This document shows, piece by piece, positions 35,862-44,765 of a stretch of DNA of 54,585 nucleotides; position 1 is the first letter of the stretch; each line of letters starts with the position of its first letter. A program made the position numbers and the translations under genes. This DNA is from a virus (Duplodnaviria; Caudoviricetes). The stretch covers positions 1 through 54,585 of IMG/VR virus record IMGVR_UViG_3300021066_000072; one strand, written 5' to 3'. The notes below the pieces were generated by a model. That model worked only from the letters and a program-made list of their open reading frames with translations, was not told where the DNA came from and ran no database searches.

Positions 35862-36043
35862 TTGACAACCACGCATTTCTTGAAAGCACAGGCCCAGTCG
35901 CCGTAGGCCCAGTTTCCGTAGACAGCCAGCACGCCAGCGACAATGCTTGCCAGGACCAGAATCAGCAGTACGGCCCCCGCCTTGACGACGAACTCCTCTC
36001 GGCGGCGGGCCAGGCCAATCCGGCGCATCCTCTCCTCGTCCAT
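35858..36043 (-). CDS. 61-aa membrane microprotein
   Basis: TM helix then YGNWAYGDWACAFKKCVVVK; paralog of 33522-33686. Confidence 0.75.
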   Translation of the reverse strand: MDEERMRRIGLARRREEFVVKAGAVLLILVLASIVAGVLAVYGNWAYGDWACAFKKCVVVK

Positions 36044-36222
36044 CACTTTGGCGCCCCTCGGTTCACGGCCGTGTAAATGAGCGAGCATCCCAAGCTGGCG
36101 ATAGCTGTTGCCCACGCCGTCGTGGCGTCTCCGCCCACGATCATACCTATTACGGCCGGCGCTAATACGATCAGCGCCAAGACGAGCGCCCAGACAACAA
36201 ACATGTGCACGAGCTCTTTCAC
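36043..36222 (-). CDS. Two-TM small membrane protein
   Basis: GGAGG SD; GTGA overlap; hydrophobic. Confidence 0.6.
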   Translation of the reverse strand: MKELVHMFVVWALVLALIVLAPAVIGMIVGGDATTAWATAIASLGCSLIYTAVNRGAPK

Positions 36223-36383
36223 TTCGCTGACTCCTCCTTCGCCGGATCCGCATCTGGCAGCGCGCACTTGTGAGGATTCGATCCATTCGGCAGCGTCTCG
36301 GGAAACAGAATCTCCTTGCAATGTCGGCATCTCGGCGGGCGAAAACCGGAGGCAATGCGCCCAAATCGGTCAAATGTCGTCAT
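36219..36383 (-). CDS. 54-aa Zn-finger-like protein (CxxC...HxC)
   Basis: MTTFDRFGRIASGFRPPRCRHC...PHKC; coupled at both ends. Confidence 0.55.
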   Translation of the reverse strand: MTTFDRFGRIASGFRPPRCRHCKEILFPETLPNGSNPHKCALPDADPAKEESAK

Positions 36384-36910
36384 GACTTAGACTCCTTCTT
36401 CCGTGCAACCAACGCCTCAATCTCCTCGAGGCTCATCCGCTCCAGCCTCAACGCCACCTCGGCCGCAATAGCCGCAGCAAGCCCAGCATCGCTGAGCTTC
36501 TTTGCCTGGCTTTCCTCGGACTCATCCGTGAGTCCCGAGAGTCGGCCAAGACGGAACCAGGTTACCGAGGCCACGCTGCGCTCGCCGCGCGCATGACAGT
36601 CCCGCGCCAACGCTTCCATCTCGGTCCGAATGACCGAGGCGATATCCGTCTCCTGAAGGCGCTGCTTGATCACGGCGTAGGCACGCCTCAGATCTTCTGC
36701 CGCCGTCGTACCGCCAATGCCGAACTCGCTCATCAACGACGACTGGACCTCGACGTACGGCCTTCCGGGTCGCCCTCTTGCTGGTGTGAGCAGCTCAAGC
36801 GCTCTGGCGAGGCGCTGGGGCGCAGGAGCGTTAGCAACTAACGCGTCAGACTGCGCCTTACTGCGGTCTTTCGCATACTTATCTGGCTCTACTCGCTTCT
36901 TGCGGGGCAT
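36380..36910 (-). CDS. Putative terminase small subunit
   Basis: HTH-like segment, RLGRLSGL, KKLSDAGL..MSLEEIEAL; first gene after an intergenic gap in the late region. Confidence 0.45.
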   Translation of the reverse strand: MPRKKRVEPDKYAKDRSKAQSDALVANAPAPQRLARALELLTPARGRPGRPYVEVQSSLMSEFGIGGTTAAEDLRRAYAVIKQRLQETDIASVIRTEMEALARDCHARGERSVASVTWFRLGRLSGLTDESEESQAKKLSDAGLAAAIAAEVALRLERMSLEEIEALVARKKESKS

Positions 36911-36988
36911 CTGGTGCTGATGCGACCGTTGGGTCGCTGCCTGCCCGCACTCAGCCACGACTGGGTTCGCGAGGCGCGTTCCGTGCCG

Positions 36989-37705
36989 CTACCGCGCAGT
37001 CAAAGCGCCGACTGGAACGAACGTTGGATCCAATTCCTCGGCCGACTCAGCTGCCCTCAATTTGTGCAGGGCTCGAATTTCGATCATGCGGACTCGCTCT
37101 CGAGTCACCCCGAATACCTGAGCGATCTGCTTGAGCGTCATGTGCGCGGTGTTGATCTGACCGCCGTCCTCCGGCTCATCACGGCCCGGGATGAGATCTG
37201 GATTCTCGACGTAGTCCAGGACGCAGGTGGACGGGATTTTCTCCGCCAGGGCCACGACTGCGTCGACTGCCTCGTCGAGATCCCTCATCTTGACCTGACC
37301 GGCGGAGTTGCGCTTGCCGGCGAGACTGACGCCCTCACCATGTCCACCGCGAGCTCCAACGATTATCGACTCAGCATTCTCGATTCGTCGAACGTCGAGT
37401 AAGACATTGAATTCGCAGCGAATCACGGGACAGATTCCCGGGCCGCGACAGTCCCTGACCGTCCTGGGCAGCTCCACCTTTGCCAGTGGAATTACGTCTA
37501 GCGCTGCCTGCGCGGCAGCCTCTGACTCTCGGCGCCGGCGCTCGGCCATCGCTTCGGCAGCACGCCGGCGCTTTTGATTCCGTTTGATGTAGCCGTCGGC
37601 GAGCACTCCAGCTGCTGCCAGACAGCCTCCGAGACAGGCCCACCACGGCGTCTCAAGTTGGTTGGCTACATCGTCAAATAGCCCCTTCTGGACCGTGGGG
37701 CTCAT
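36989..37705 (-). CDS. Sigma-70 region 4 HTH regulator with Cys motif
   Basis: MTLKQIAQVFGVTRERVRMIEIRALHKLR; PRTVRDC..CP..RC..LLDV; TCVLD. Confidence 0.85.
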   Translation of the reverse strand: MSPTVQKGLFDDVANQLETPWWACLGGCLAAAGVLADGYIKRNQKRRRAAEAMAERRRRESEAAAQAALDVIPLAKVELPRTVRDCRGPGICPVIRCEFNVLLDVRRIENAESIIVGARGGHGEGVSLAGKRNSAGQVKMRDLDEAVDAVVALAEKIPSTCVLDYVENPDLIPGRDEPEDGGQINTAHMTLKQIAQVFGVTRERVRMIEIRALHKLRAAESAEELDPTFVPVGALTAR

Positions 37706-37944
37706 CGATAGGGGCCTTCGCGTAGCAACTTGACGGTCGGAGCATCGAGAGACTCCGTTGCCTCGTAGGCGGCTATCGCGCTGGTTGCGTTTCGCACCAG
37801 ATCGTCAGCCGTACCGATGTGATCGTCCACGCACAGGACAGCGCGGGCGCCGTTGGGCAGGATACAAAACCAGCGATATCGCGGCCGACCCGTTAAAGTC
37901 ACCCCGATCCGCTCGGCCTCCAGGACGATCCTGGGGGCGCTCAT
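37702..37944 (-). CDS. Hypothetical protein
   Basis: ATGA overlaps. Confidence 0.6.
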   Translation of the reverse strand: MSAPRIVLEAERIGVTLTGRPRYRWFCILPNGARAVLCVDDHIGTADDLVRNATSAIAAYEATESLDAPTVKLLREGPYR

Positions 37945-38228
37945 CGGGCCTCGGTGTCAGTAATAATCTCCCACTCGCGACCGTGGCCGTTGTGGCGTGG
38001 GACTGTCGTCACAACACCGCCGAGCATGGTGGCGGCAGCGTTGGCAGCCGTCCAGGTGTCGTACACCTTGGCCGTCTTGGGTTCTCCCCAGATTGGGAGA
38101 TAGCAGCCAGGTCCGTAGTACTGGACAAAGACGTGCGTCGGCGCCTTGGGGTTGTAGACGCAGAAGCCGCGCCTCTGCTGCTCAACCAGCGGGTTGTGAT
38201 ACTGGCGCTCTCGGGCGATTGCGTTCAT
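37941..38228 (-). CDS. Hypothetical protein
   Basis: AAGGAG SD; ATGA overlaps. Confidence 0.65.
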   Translation of the reverse strand: MNAIARERQYHNPLVEQQRRGFCVYNPKAPTHVFVQYYGPGCYLPIWGEPKTAKVYDTWTAANAAATMLGGVVTTVPRHNGHGREWEIITDTEAR

Positions 38229-38806
38229 AGCGCAAAACTCCTTGTTAGGGCTCCAAGACTCGATGCTCGGTCGCGAAAGCGTTTCGTCTGAGCTCGGGCG
38301 TCAGACGCGAATCTCCTCGACGGCAGGAGCGACATGGCGCTTCCGTGCGTAGGTGCGCCTCCCTTAGAGGGAGGGCCGCCGTCAGCCGGGCGACGCAGGT
38401 AGTCGAGGCGCTCGCAGAATACGACGGTCGGAAATTGCAGCGGGTGAGCTGGACTACCCTGGAGCTGGACCAGTTGCTCGAGGGAGAAGCTCAGCCAGCA
38501 CGCGCCGTCAATTCGGCCGGCGATCCAGTGCTCGACTAGACGCTCCCAGAACGCTCGCACCTGACTGCGCTCGCCGCGCTCCTTGTCTCCGCCCGGGGCG
38601 TTAACGAACACGCAACCGCTCCAGACCTGGGTCAGGCCGTTTAGCTCGCGATCGAAGAAACTTCCAGCCCTGGTCGTGTACCGCTGCCAGTAGGCGGAGC
38701 TGCAGGGATCGAGATCTATCTCGCCCAGCGTGTACCGAGCGAGCTCCACGGCAATAGGAGGGGAGCCGTGCTCGCAGGTGGCCCCGCTGTGCTGGGCGTT
38801 CTTCAC
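38225..38806 (-). CDS. Phage DNA N6-adenine methyltransferase-like protein
   Basis: EHGSP..LGEIDLDPCSS..NGL...W.G.VFVNAPGG. Confidence 0.75.
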   Translation of the reverse strand: MKNAQHSGATCEHGSPPIAVELARYTLGEIDLDPCSSAYWQRYTTRAGSFFDRELNGLTQVWSGCVFVNAPGGDKERGERSQVRAFWERLVEHWIAGRIDGACWLSFSLEQLVQLQGSPAHPLQFPTVVFCERLDYLRRPADGGPPSKGGAPTHGSAMSLLPSRRFASDARAQTKRFRDRASSLGALTRSFAL

Positions 38807-39192
38807 CGCAACTCCTCCCACAAGGACATCCGATGTGTGAATGCGTCGATTCCTCTGGCGGAATTCATCGAGACGGAGACCGCTCTGTCGTCCCAGAATT
38901 CGTCGAACTTGCCGCTCTTGACAGCGGTCACAGGAAGCCGACAGCCAATGTGCTTCTCGCACCAGGCCTCGATGTGCCGACGGGCATCTTCGACGGACTC
39001 CCCGTCTTCTCGCCAGGCGTCAAAGGCGACCCGGGCCGTGAATATCTCCACGCGCCACCCGCGCTCCAAGGCCGCTTTGACCCGGCGCAAGGTCCCCTCG
39101 ATTGGGTCGCCAATATGCGCAATCCCCCTCCACGTCGAGTAACTCGCCAGCGTCCCGTCGAGATCGCAGGCTATGACCGGCACCCGCGTCAT
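38803..39192 (-). CDS. HAD-superfamily phosphatase
   Basis: IACDLDGTL, IFTAR, K, WDDRAV. Confidence 0.88.
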   Translation of the reverse strand: MTRVPVIACDLDGTLASYSTWRGIAHIGDPIEGTLRRVKAALERGWRVEIFTARVAFDAWREDGESVEDARRHIEAWCEKHIGCRLPVTAVKSGKFDEFWDDRAVSVSMNSARGIDAFTHRMSLWEELR

Positions 39193-39686
39193 TGGCCGCG
39201 CATCTCCAGGTATTCCACCCACGCCACTGCAACCGCAGCCAACTGAATCAGCTCCTTGCGGAGCTCGGCACCTTTGAGGTTATTCACCGAACCGATGGCT
39301 TCCTGGAGTGCCTCGCATGCCTCGCCGTATTCCTCGCCAAGGGCAGTAATGCGCCCCAAGTCGCTCATTCCCGGATCGGCGAGTGTGTTCGGAAAACGCC
39401 CGCCATCGCGGAGCTTGTCCTGGCGGACGCGCTCAGAATAGACGAGTTCAAGGACTCCTCTCGTCAATGGTCCGGCGTACGTCAGGACCGGCTGGCAGCG
39501 TGTGCGCTGGCCGTCGCTGGTCACCAACCAGACGCCCTCGGCGTCGCTTTCCCAGCGCTCCGCTTTGGCACTGTCGCTAGATGGTTCTATTGCACCGCCG
39601 CTGGCCTCTAGCTCGTAATTGCACCCCCCGGCATGGCCGAGAGTGCGAACGCAGTCGGTTCGTAGCGTACAGGGGGCCATTGTCAT
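39189..39686 (-). CDS. MazG-like NTP pyrophosphohydrolase
   Basis: ERVRQD..LGEEYGEACEA..LRKELIQLAAVAVAWVE. Confidence 0.85.
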   Translation of the reverse strand: MTMAPCTLRTDCVRTLGHAGGCNYELEASGGAIEPSSDSAKAERWESDAEGVWLVTSDGQRTRCQPVLTYAGPLTRGVLELVYSERVRQDKLRDGGRFPNTLADPGMSDLGRITALGEEYGEACEALQEAIGSVNNLKGAELRKELIQLAAVAVAWVEYLEMRGQ

Positions 39687-40045
39687 TGCGAAACCTCCGG
39701 CAAATGTCTTTCAGCGCGACACCAGACTTCCCAATTCGTAATCCAGTGATAGAGAACGGTCGACGATCCGAGGTCACTGGAACCCGCAAGCCTCTCGCGG
39801 CGGAGGAGATAACCTGACATGCCACCAACACCAAAAAACATCTGCTGGGTCGTTGGCTGATAGATGCCTCGTGTTATCCATCCCGCACTCTCAGCAATAC
39901 GAAGCAGCTTCTCGGACCAGGCACCCGCATCAGGTTCTCCGGGTCTGCCATTGCGTGGCGATCCGATCGCGAGAGTCAGATCGTTTCCATGGAATGACCC
40001 GCGTCTAATAAGACGCACGACGCACTGGATATGCGGAAGACTCAA
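39683..40045 (-). CDS. Hypothetical protein
   Basis: TTGA-coupled start inferred. Confidence 0.4.
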   Translation of the reverse strand: MSLPHIQCVVRLIRRGSFHGNDLTLAIGSPRNGRPGEPDAGAWSEKLLRIAESAGWITRGIYQPTTQQMFFGVGGMSGYLLRRERLAGSSDLGSSTVLYHWITNWEVWCRAERHLPEVSQ

Positions 40046-40509
40046 TAGCGCTCTGACTTCCTCGCTGCATATTGAGCTCTTCTCGTTGCGAGAATCCGCT
40101 CTCGATTCACCTCGTAGCTCAGGCGCTTGTTGGCCCTCTCGCGTTCTATATTCTTGCGATAGTTGCGGCGCCGGCGTTCTTTCTCTCGTTCGTGATTCCG
40201 GTAGTAGTTCTGCCGTCCCAACTCCTTCACCCTTTCCGGGTTTGTGATGCGTCGACGACGGGCGGATGCCCTGTCTAACTCTCGTGCTCTTTCTGGATTC
40301 TGAAGGCGGCGCCGCCGCTTGTAGTTTCGATTCTTTTCTCGGAGCTTGTCTGGATTCTCCAGACGCCAACGACGACTCCGCTCTTTTAGACGCTCTTTTT
40401 GCTGAGCGCTGCGCGACTGACAGTACTTCTCGACGGCTACTTCCAGTCGATGCGCGGCTGGCTCGTCGAATAGTTCCCGCAGTTCCTCCTGGAGATTCTC
40501 CCAGGGCAT
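40042..40509 (-). CDS. Arg/Glu-rich repeat protein (NPE/NPD repeats)
   Basis: AGGAG SD; charged helical repeats like those N-terminal to phage HNH proteins; no nuclease motif seen. Confidence 0.6.
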   Translation of the reverse strand: MPWENLQEELRELFDEPAAHRLEVAVEKYCQSRSAQQKERLKERSRRWRLENPDKLREKNRNYKRRRRLQNPERARELDRASARRRRITNPERVKELGRQNYYRNHEREKERRRRNYRKNIERERANKRLSYEVNRERILATRRAQYAARKSERY

Positions 40510-40807
40510 CGGTCGAGTACTCCTGCTTCACTGCTGCTCCTTACACGGTTGGCCGGGGACTACTTCCGTGGGCTCTCCGAGACCGCCGGCTGCCTCGAAT
40601 CGGACAAATGCTGCGCCGCTGATTGCGAACGAACAGACCCCGCGTGAACTTGGCGCCAGCTCACGCAGGGGACCGCGACGCACGACAGGAGGGGACGGCC
40701 AGACAAGACGAGCGCCGGGGCTAAAATCCTCCGCGAAGTGTCGCTCGCCATTCTTCTTGGCCTTGACCTTCGGCGCCGCCCGCCCATCGCTGCCGTCGTG
40801 GACCAAT

Positions 40808-40963
40808 TCATCCGCCCAGCATCCAGTCGACGTATTTGCGCTCGAGAATCAGCACGCCGTAAATCGCAGTCCCAATCGCGACCGCCCAGACGATCGCATA
40901 CAGAGGCTTGGCGACAGCGCTGGCGACCTTGGATCCTCGAGTGCGCAGATCGGGAATGCTCAT
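40808..40963 (-). CDS. 51-aa membrane protein
   Basis: ATGA overlap; PLYAIVWAVAIGTAIYGVLIL TM segment. Confidence 0.5.
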   Translation of the reverse strand: MSIPDLRTRGSKVASAVAKPLYAIVWAVAIGTAIYGVLILERKYVDWMLGG

Positions 40964-41526
40964 GACGTCTTCGCCTTTCTGCCTCGCTTGCCCTTGGCCG
41001 GCGGGGGCGGGATCGGCTCCTCGGACGGAAGCTCTCCCTCATCGTCGGGCATGTGCGCCACGATGTCGCCGGCCGACGACGTCACAAGCTCGGGCTCGTC
41101 CTCGTACTTGACCTGGTGATTGAATCCGTTGAAGTCGTCCTCCTCCTCCATTCCTGGAAGGGACTCCTGCAGATCGGACGGAAGCGCCGGACGCCGATCT
41201 ACTTCCTCGTGCGTGTCCGCGCGCCGGACGATCACGTGCGCACCCTCAACCAGCTCGTAGCAGGCGGTCGTGCGCATTTCCTCGCCGCTGTCGATCGCGG
41301 CCGTCAGTCGATCAACGTCCGACCCAATCTCGGCGAGTTGGCCCTTGAATTGGGCGGCAACGTTTTTGCGCTTCTCGTCGAGCACATCCCATTCGACTTT
41401 TCGACGCGCAAGCCGCTTGCCGTAGTCGTGGATTTCGTCTCGAGAGAGGATATGCGGAATCTCACGCGAGAAAATTCGTCGCACCGACGGTGGGGCTTGG
41501 TAACTTTCTTCTGCCGTCTGCATCAT
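40960..41526 (-). CDS. Hypothetical phage protein, coiled coil plus acidic tail
   Basis: Coupled to RuvC gene. Confidence 0.7.
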   Translation of the reverse strand: MMQTAEESYQAPPSVRRIFSREIPHILSRDEIHDYGKRLARRKVEWDVLDEKRKNVAAQFKGQLAEIGSDVDRLTAAIDSGEEMRTTACYELVEGAHVIVRRADTHEEVDRRPALPSDLQESLPGMEEEDDFNGFNHQVKYEDEPELVTSSAGDIVAHMPDDEGELPSEEPIPPPPAKGKRGRKAKTS

Positions 41527-42086
41527 TGAGTCCTCTGAGAGAGAAGGTTTACGGCCTTGAGTCGGCCGAATAGGGCCAGGCCGATTGAGTCAAGAACGTG
41601 AGGGAGGGCACCCTTGGTTAATCGTGCGGCTGTGCGCCGGTAGACTGCGGCCAGTCGCTTGTGCAGGTCGACATCGCTGCCTCGGTGGCATCCGAGGGCT
41701 CTGCGCCAGGTAATAGGCACCGGCGTCAGATGATCCTTCTTGGAAGCGATTACCAGACCGAGGACGCCGCCCGCAATGGCATTCGTCTGCGCTGCTGATT
41801 TCGCGTTGCCCGATTTCTTTGTCGTCCGACACACCGGACAGATGGCCTCTCCCTCGGTCGGACGCCCGAATCCGCCCGGGCTGGGCCACTCGATGACGAC
41901 GAGGTCGGCCAGGGATACCCGGGGGCGAATGGCGACGAGAACTTCCTCGGCGCGTCGCTGCATGTCGCCGGTCTCATCTTCGCAGCCCGTGACGACAGTC
42001 CCGCAGTCGCGGACTCGTGCATCGCGACTATCAAGCAGCGCCCACCCGCAATTCGCCAGACCTGGATCCACTCCGAGAATCAGCAC
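41523..42086 (-). CDS. ruvC: RuvC-like Holliday junction resolvase
   Basis: ILGVDPGLANCGW, VVIE, HVLDSIGLA. Confidence 0.85.
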   Translation of the reverse strand: MLILGVDPGLANCGWALLDSRDARVRDCGTVVTGCEDETGDMQRRAEEVLVAIRPRVSLADLVVIEWPSPGGFGRPTEGEAICPVCRTTKKSGNAKSAAQTNAIAGGVLGLVIASKKDHLTPVPITWRRALGCHRGSDVDLHKRLAAVYRRTAARLTKGALPHVLDSIGLALFGRLKAVNLLSQRTQ

Positions 42087-42421
42087 GACGCCTCTCTGCG
42101 GTCCAAGTACTTCGCTTGTCGGAGCTTCTGACTAGCGAGGTGCACTGCGCACGACTTACGCCCGGGCTCCGCCGGCCTCAAGCAATTTGTGCAGATTCCT
42201 GCAGCAGCCTTCTCCGCCCTGCGGCGACGGTTCCCGGCATTGAGCACGTCTTTACCGTCTCGCGTTTTCCTGTAGCGGGACGCTCTCGCAACAGAATGCT
42301 CCCTGCACTCGAGACATCTGCGCTGGTCGCCCGGCTGGAGACAAGCTGCGCAGTCGACGCAGCGTTTCTCGGCAACGCGCGACCAATATCGGATCTTGCG
42401 ATAAAGCTGCCGGTCGGTCAC
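42080..42421 (-). CDS. Double Zn-finger basic protein
   Basis: CxxC..CxxC..GICxxC..CxxH. Confidence 0.7.
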   Translation of the reverse strand: MTDRQLYRKIRYWSRVAEKRCVDCAACLQPGDQRRCLECREHSVARASRYRKTRDGKDVLNAGNRRRRAEKAAAGICTNCLRPAEPGRKSCAVHLASQKLRQAKYLDRREASC

Positions 42422-43881
42422 GGGACACCTCCCAGTTGAGTTTGGAGGTCGAGTTCAGATCCTGTGTCATCGATATCTCGAATCGAATGAATCGCTAGAT
42501 CAAGAATCACATCCGCGTGAACCTCATCGTCGCCCTGGTTTCGCTTAAGCACGTCGAGAGAGCCGAGAATCGGATTTGCCTTTGGGTCGTACTTCCCCGG
42601 TCTGTTGATTCCGATTACGAGCTTCGGAACTTTTACAGTCGCGTAGCTGTCGGCCCAATCGTCAATTCTCGGGGCACGGCGCTCCTTGACCACGTCGTCT
42701 TTGACCTGGGACGCAACCACCACGGCGCACTCTTCACCCGGGATGCCGCAGCCCTGAGCAAGCCATTGCAATCGGTTCATTGCGTTCGCGATCGCCTCGG
42801 TCCGCTTCTCGACTCCACGCGGATAAACCATCCGAACTACTTGGATGTAGTCGATAAAAACAGCCAGTCGCCGTTTTCGTCCGCCGAGTGACGACTGCAT
42901 CCTCGGCCTACGGCTGCGGACGTCGGCGATGATGTCGTCAACGCTCCAATTCGCCGACGGTATAATCACCTCGCGACGTCGCCACAGCTGCTCTCGTACT
43001 TTCTGCAGGCGACGAAAAGCGAACTCGCCAGGGGAGCGCATTTGGAGCGCGTGGTCCAGATTCCTGCGACGCGCGATCGCCTCAGTCGGAACGCCGGAGT
43101 CCTGGGCTGCGCCGCGCTGGCCCCAAAATTTGAGCGGATCCTCGCCGGAATACACAAACGCGAGGTCGTCTCCCAGGACGGTCTCACGCGCAGAGGCTCC
43201 GAGGTAGGTCGATTTCCCGTGACCGGTCGCGCCCATGATCAGCGACACGGCGCCGATCGGGTGGCCGCCGGTCCCGGCGTCGAGCTTTCGCGAGGCGGTC
43301 GGAAGCCCAGTAACCACGCGCTCGCCTCTCTCGATCGCTTCAAGGTCGGCGGCGAGGGAGTCCAGCTCCTCGCGAATCAGATCACCGAGAACTCGGCCGA
43401 CGTCGTCAGTTCGCGATCGGATACGGAGCAGGCGATTAAGCGCCCACTGGACAGCTTCGTCTCCCTCGAAATCCTCGTCGTTGCCACCAAGTCGCTCGAT
43501 GACCTCGGCCGCGGCGAGTTTTAGTTCCCTGGAGGTCCGATGCTTTTTCAGCAGCGAGGCGTATCGCTCGACGTTGCTCGCGGTCGGGACGTGCAGCGAA
43601 AGCTCCAGCAAAAAGCCAATGCACCCAGCGTCGCCCAGCGGACCACCCAGCGGAGCTGCCTTCCCGAGGCGCTTGAGCTCGGCGGCGACCGTGATCGGGT
43701 CGATTGCGTCGACGCCGTCGTGCTCGATATTTCGCATCGCGCAAAAAACGGCCTGGTGCTTCGGGTCGTAGAAATCTTCGACCTCGAGATCGGAGACCAA
43801 GCCAAGTGCGGAATTATTTAGAAATATCCCACCAAGGACGCCAGCCTCGGCGTCCAGGTCTGCATGGCGGCGGTGATTCAC
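42418..43881 (-). CDS. dnaB: Replicative DnaB-like helicase
   Basis: AEAGVLG, DFYDPKHQAVF, GATGHGKST, FIDYIQ, ASQ, KRNQG; GTG 43881 inferred from overlap. Confidence 0.92.
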   Translation of the reverse strand: MNHRRHADLDAEAGVLGGIFLNNSALGLVSDLEVEDFYDPKHQAVFCAMRNIEHDGVDAIDPITVAAELKRLGKAAPLGGPLGDAGCIGFLLELSLHVPTASNVERYASLLKKHRTSRELKLAAAEVIERLGGNDEDFEGDEAVQWALNRLLRIRSRTDDVGRVLGDLIREELDSLAADLEAIERGERVVTGLPTASRKLDAGTGGHPIGAVSLIMGATGHGKSTYLGASARETVLGDDLAFVYSGEDPLKFWGQRGAAQDSGVPTEAIARRRNLDHALQMRSPGEFAFRRLQKVREQLWRRREVIIPSANWSVDDIIADVRSRRPRMQSSLGGRKRRLAVFIDYIQVVRMVYPRGVEKRTEAIANAMNRLQWLAQGCGIPGEECAVVVASQVKDDVVKERRAPRIDDWADSYATVKVPKLVIGINRPGKYDPKANPILGSLDVLKRNQGDDEVHADVILDLAIHSIRDIDDTGSELDLQTQLGGVP

Positions 43882-44765
43882 AGGGCTTTGCTCCGCCGTG
43901 GCATCGGCTCGTACGCCGGTGGAACAAAAGCCGGTACCGACGAGACAGCCCACTTGTCGAAGTGTTTGACGAAGGTCCCCCAGTCGCGACTCTCGGGCCA
44001 CTGGTGGCGCGGGCGCGCGAAAAAGTTCTCGAGTCTCCGGACGACTTCGTCGGCAGAATGGCTCGTGAGAAGGCGTTTCGCGTGGGCTCCGACGTCGGCG
44101 GTGTAGGTCGGTTTGACCCCGTGCGCTTTCTCAAACGCCGTCCAAAAAGCGTCGATGACCCGCTGGTGGTCTCCGGTCGGTCGGTCTCTGGGTTTTGGCT
44201 TGGGCTCGATCCGGGTCTCCTGCACCGAAAGCTCCAGTGCCGGAGGCGGAGCCGAAGGCACTTCTGGGATCTTCTTCTCTGAAAGAGAAGAAGAAGAAGA
44301 AGAAGGGCTGGACTCCGCTGGGCTCGTGCTGGCGAGCGCTGGTCCAGCGGACCCAGCGACCGCTGGGTTTTCGGCAAAAACGGTGTGAGAGACCGATGGC
44401 AGCATCCTACCTTTCGCGTCTCTTCGCGCTCCAGCGGAGCGCGCGCGACCAGCGGATGCGGACTGCTCCTTCCGCTCGCCGAGCCACTCAATACGGCCCT
44501 TGGTGCCCCTGATTCTGATGCCGCCGTCAACGACCTCGCCAAGCCTGGCGCGCGTCAGGCCGTCCACCGCGTTAGCTCCGAGCATCGCCTCCGCGTCCTC
44601 CACCGTCACGACGTACGACTGCTCGCGCAGACACTGATTCCACAAGCGGAGCATTTTCCCCCGCGCGTGGTCCGCGTCTGCCAGGCCGCAAATTCTGGCG
44701 AGGGCATCGAATCGCGTGTCGGACAGAGCCGAGCAGGAAACGGTCACCCCGGATGCTTCGCTCAT
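43878..44765 (-). CDS. Replication initiator (lambda O-like position)
   Basis: Upstream of DnaB; N-terminal HTH-like region, low-complexity linker, C-terminal F..FW domain. Confidence 0.7.
   Translation of the reverse strand: MSEASGVTVSCSALSDTRFDALARICGLADADHARGKMLRLWNQCLREQSYVVTVEDAEAMLGANAVDGLTRARLGEVVDGGIRIRGTKGRIEWLGERKEQSASAGRARSAGARRDAKGRMLPSVSHTVFAENPAVAGSAGPALASTSPAESSPSSSSSSLSEKKIPEVPSAPPPALELSVQETRIEPKPKPRDRPTGDHQRVIDAFWTAFEKAHGVKPTYTADVGAHAKRLLTSHSADEVVRRLENFFARPRHQWPESRDWGTFVKHFDKWAVSSVPAFVPPAYEPMPRRSKAL
44270..44455. other. Candidate replication origin inside the initiator gene
   Basis: 11-bp inverted repeat and (GAA)n tract; GCTGG at 44307/44317/44328/44338/44362; CCAGC at 44344/44353/44431/44449. 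Confidence 0.4.

Noticed and set aside
40042-40509. HNH homing endonuclease
   Set aside because: Only the charged repeat region is present; no HNH or Cys motif
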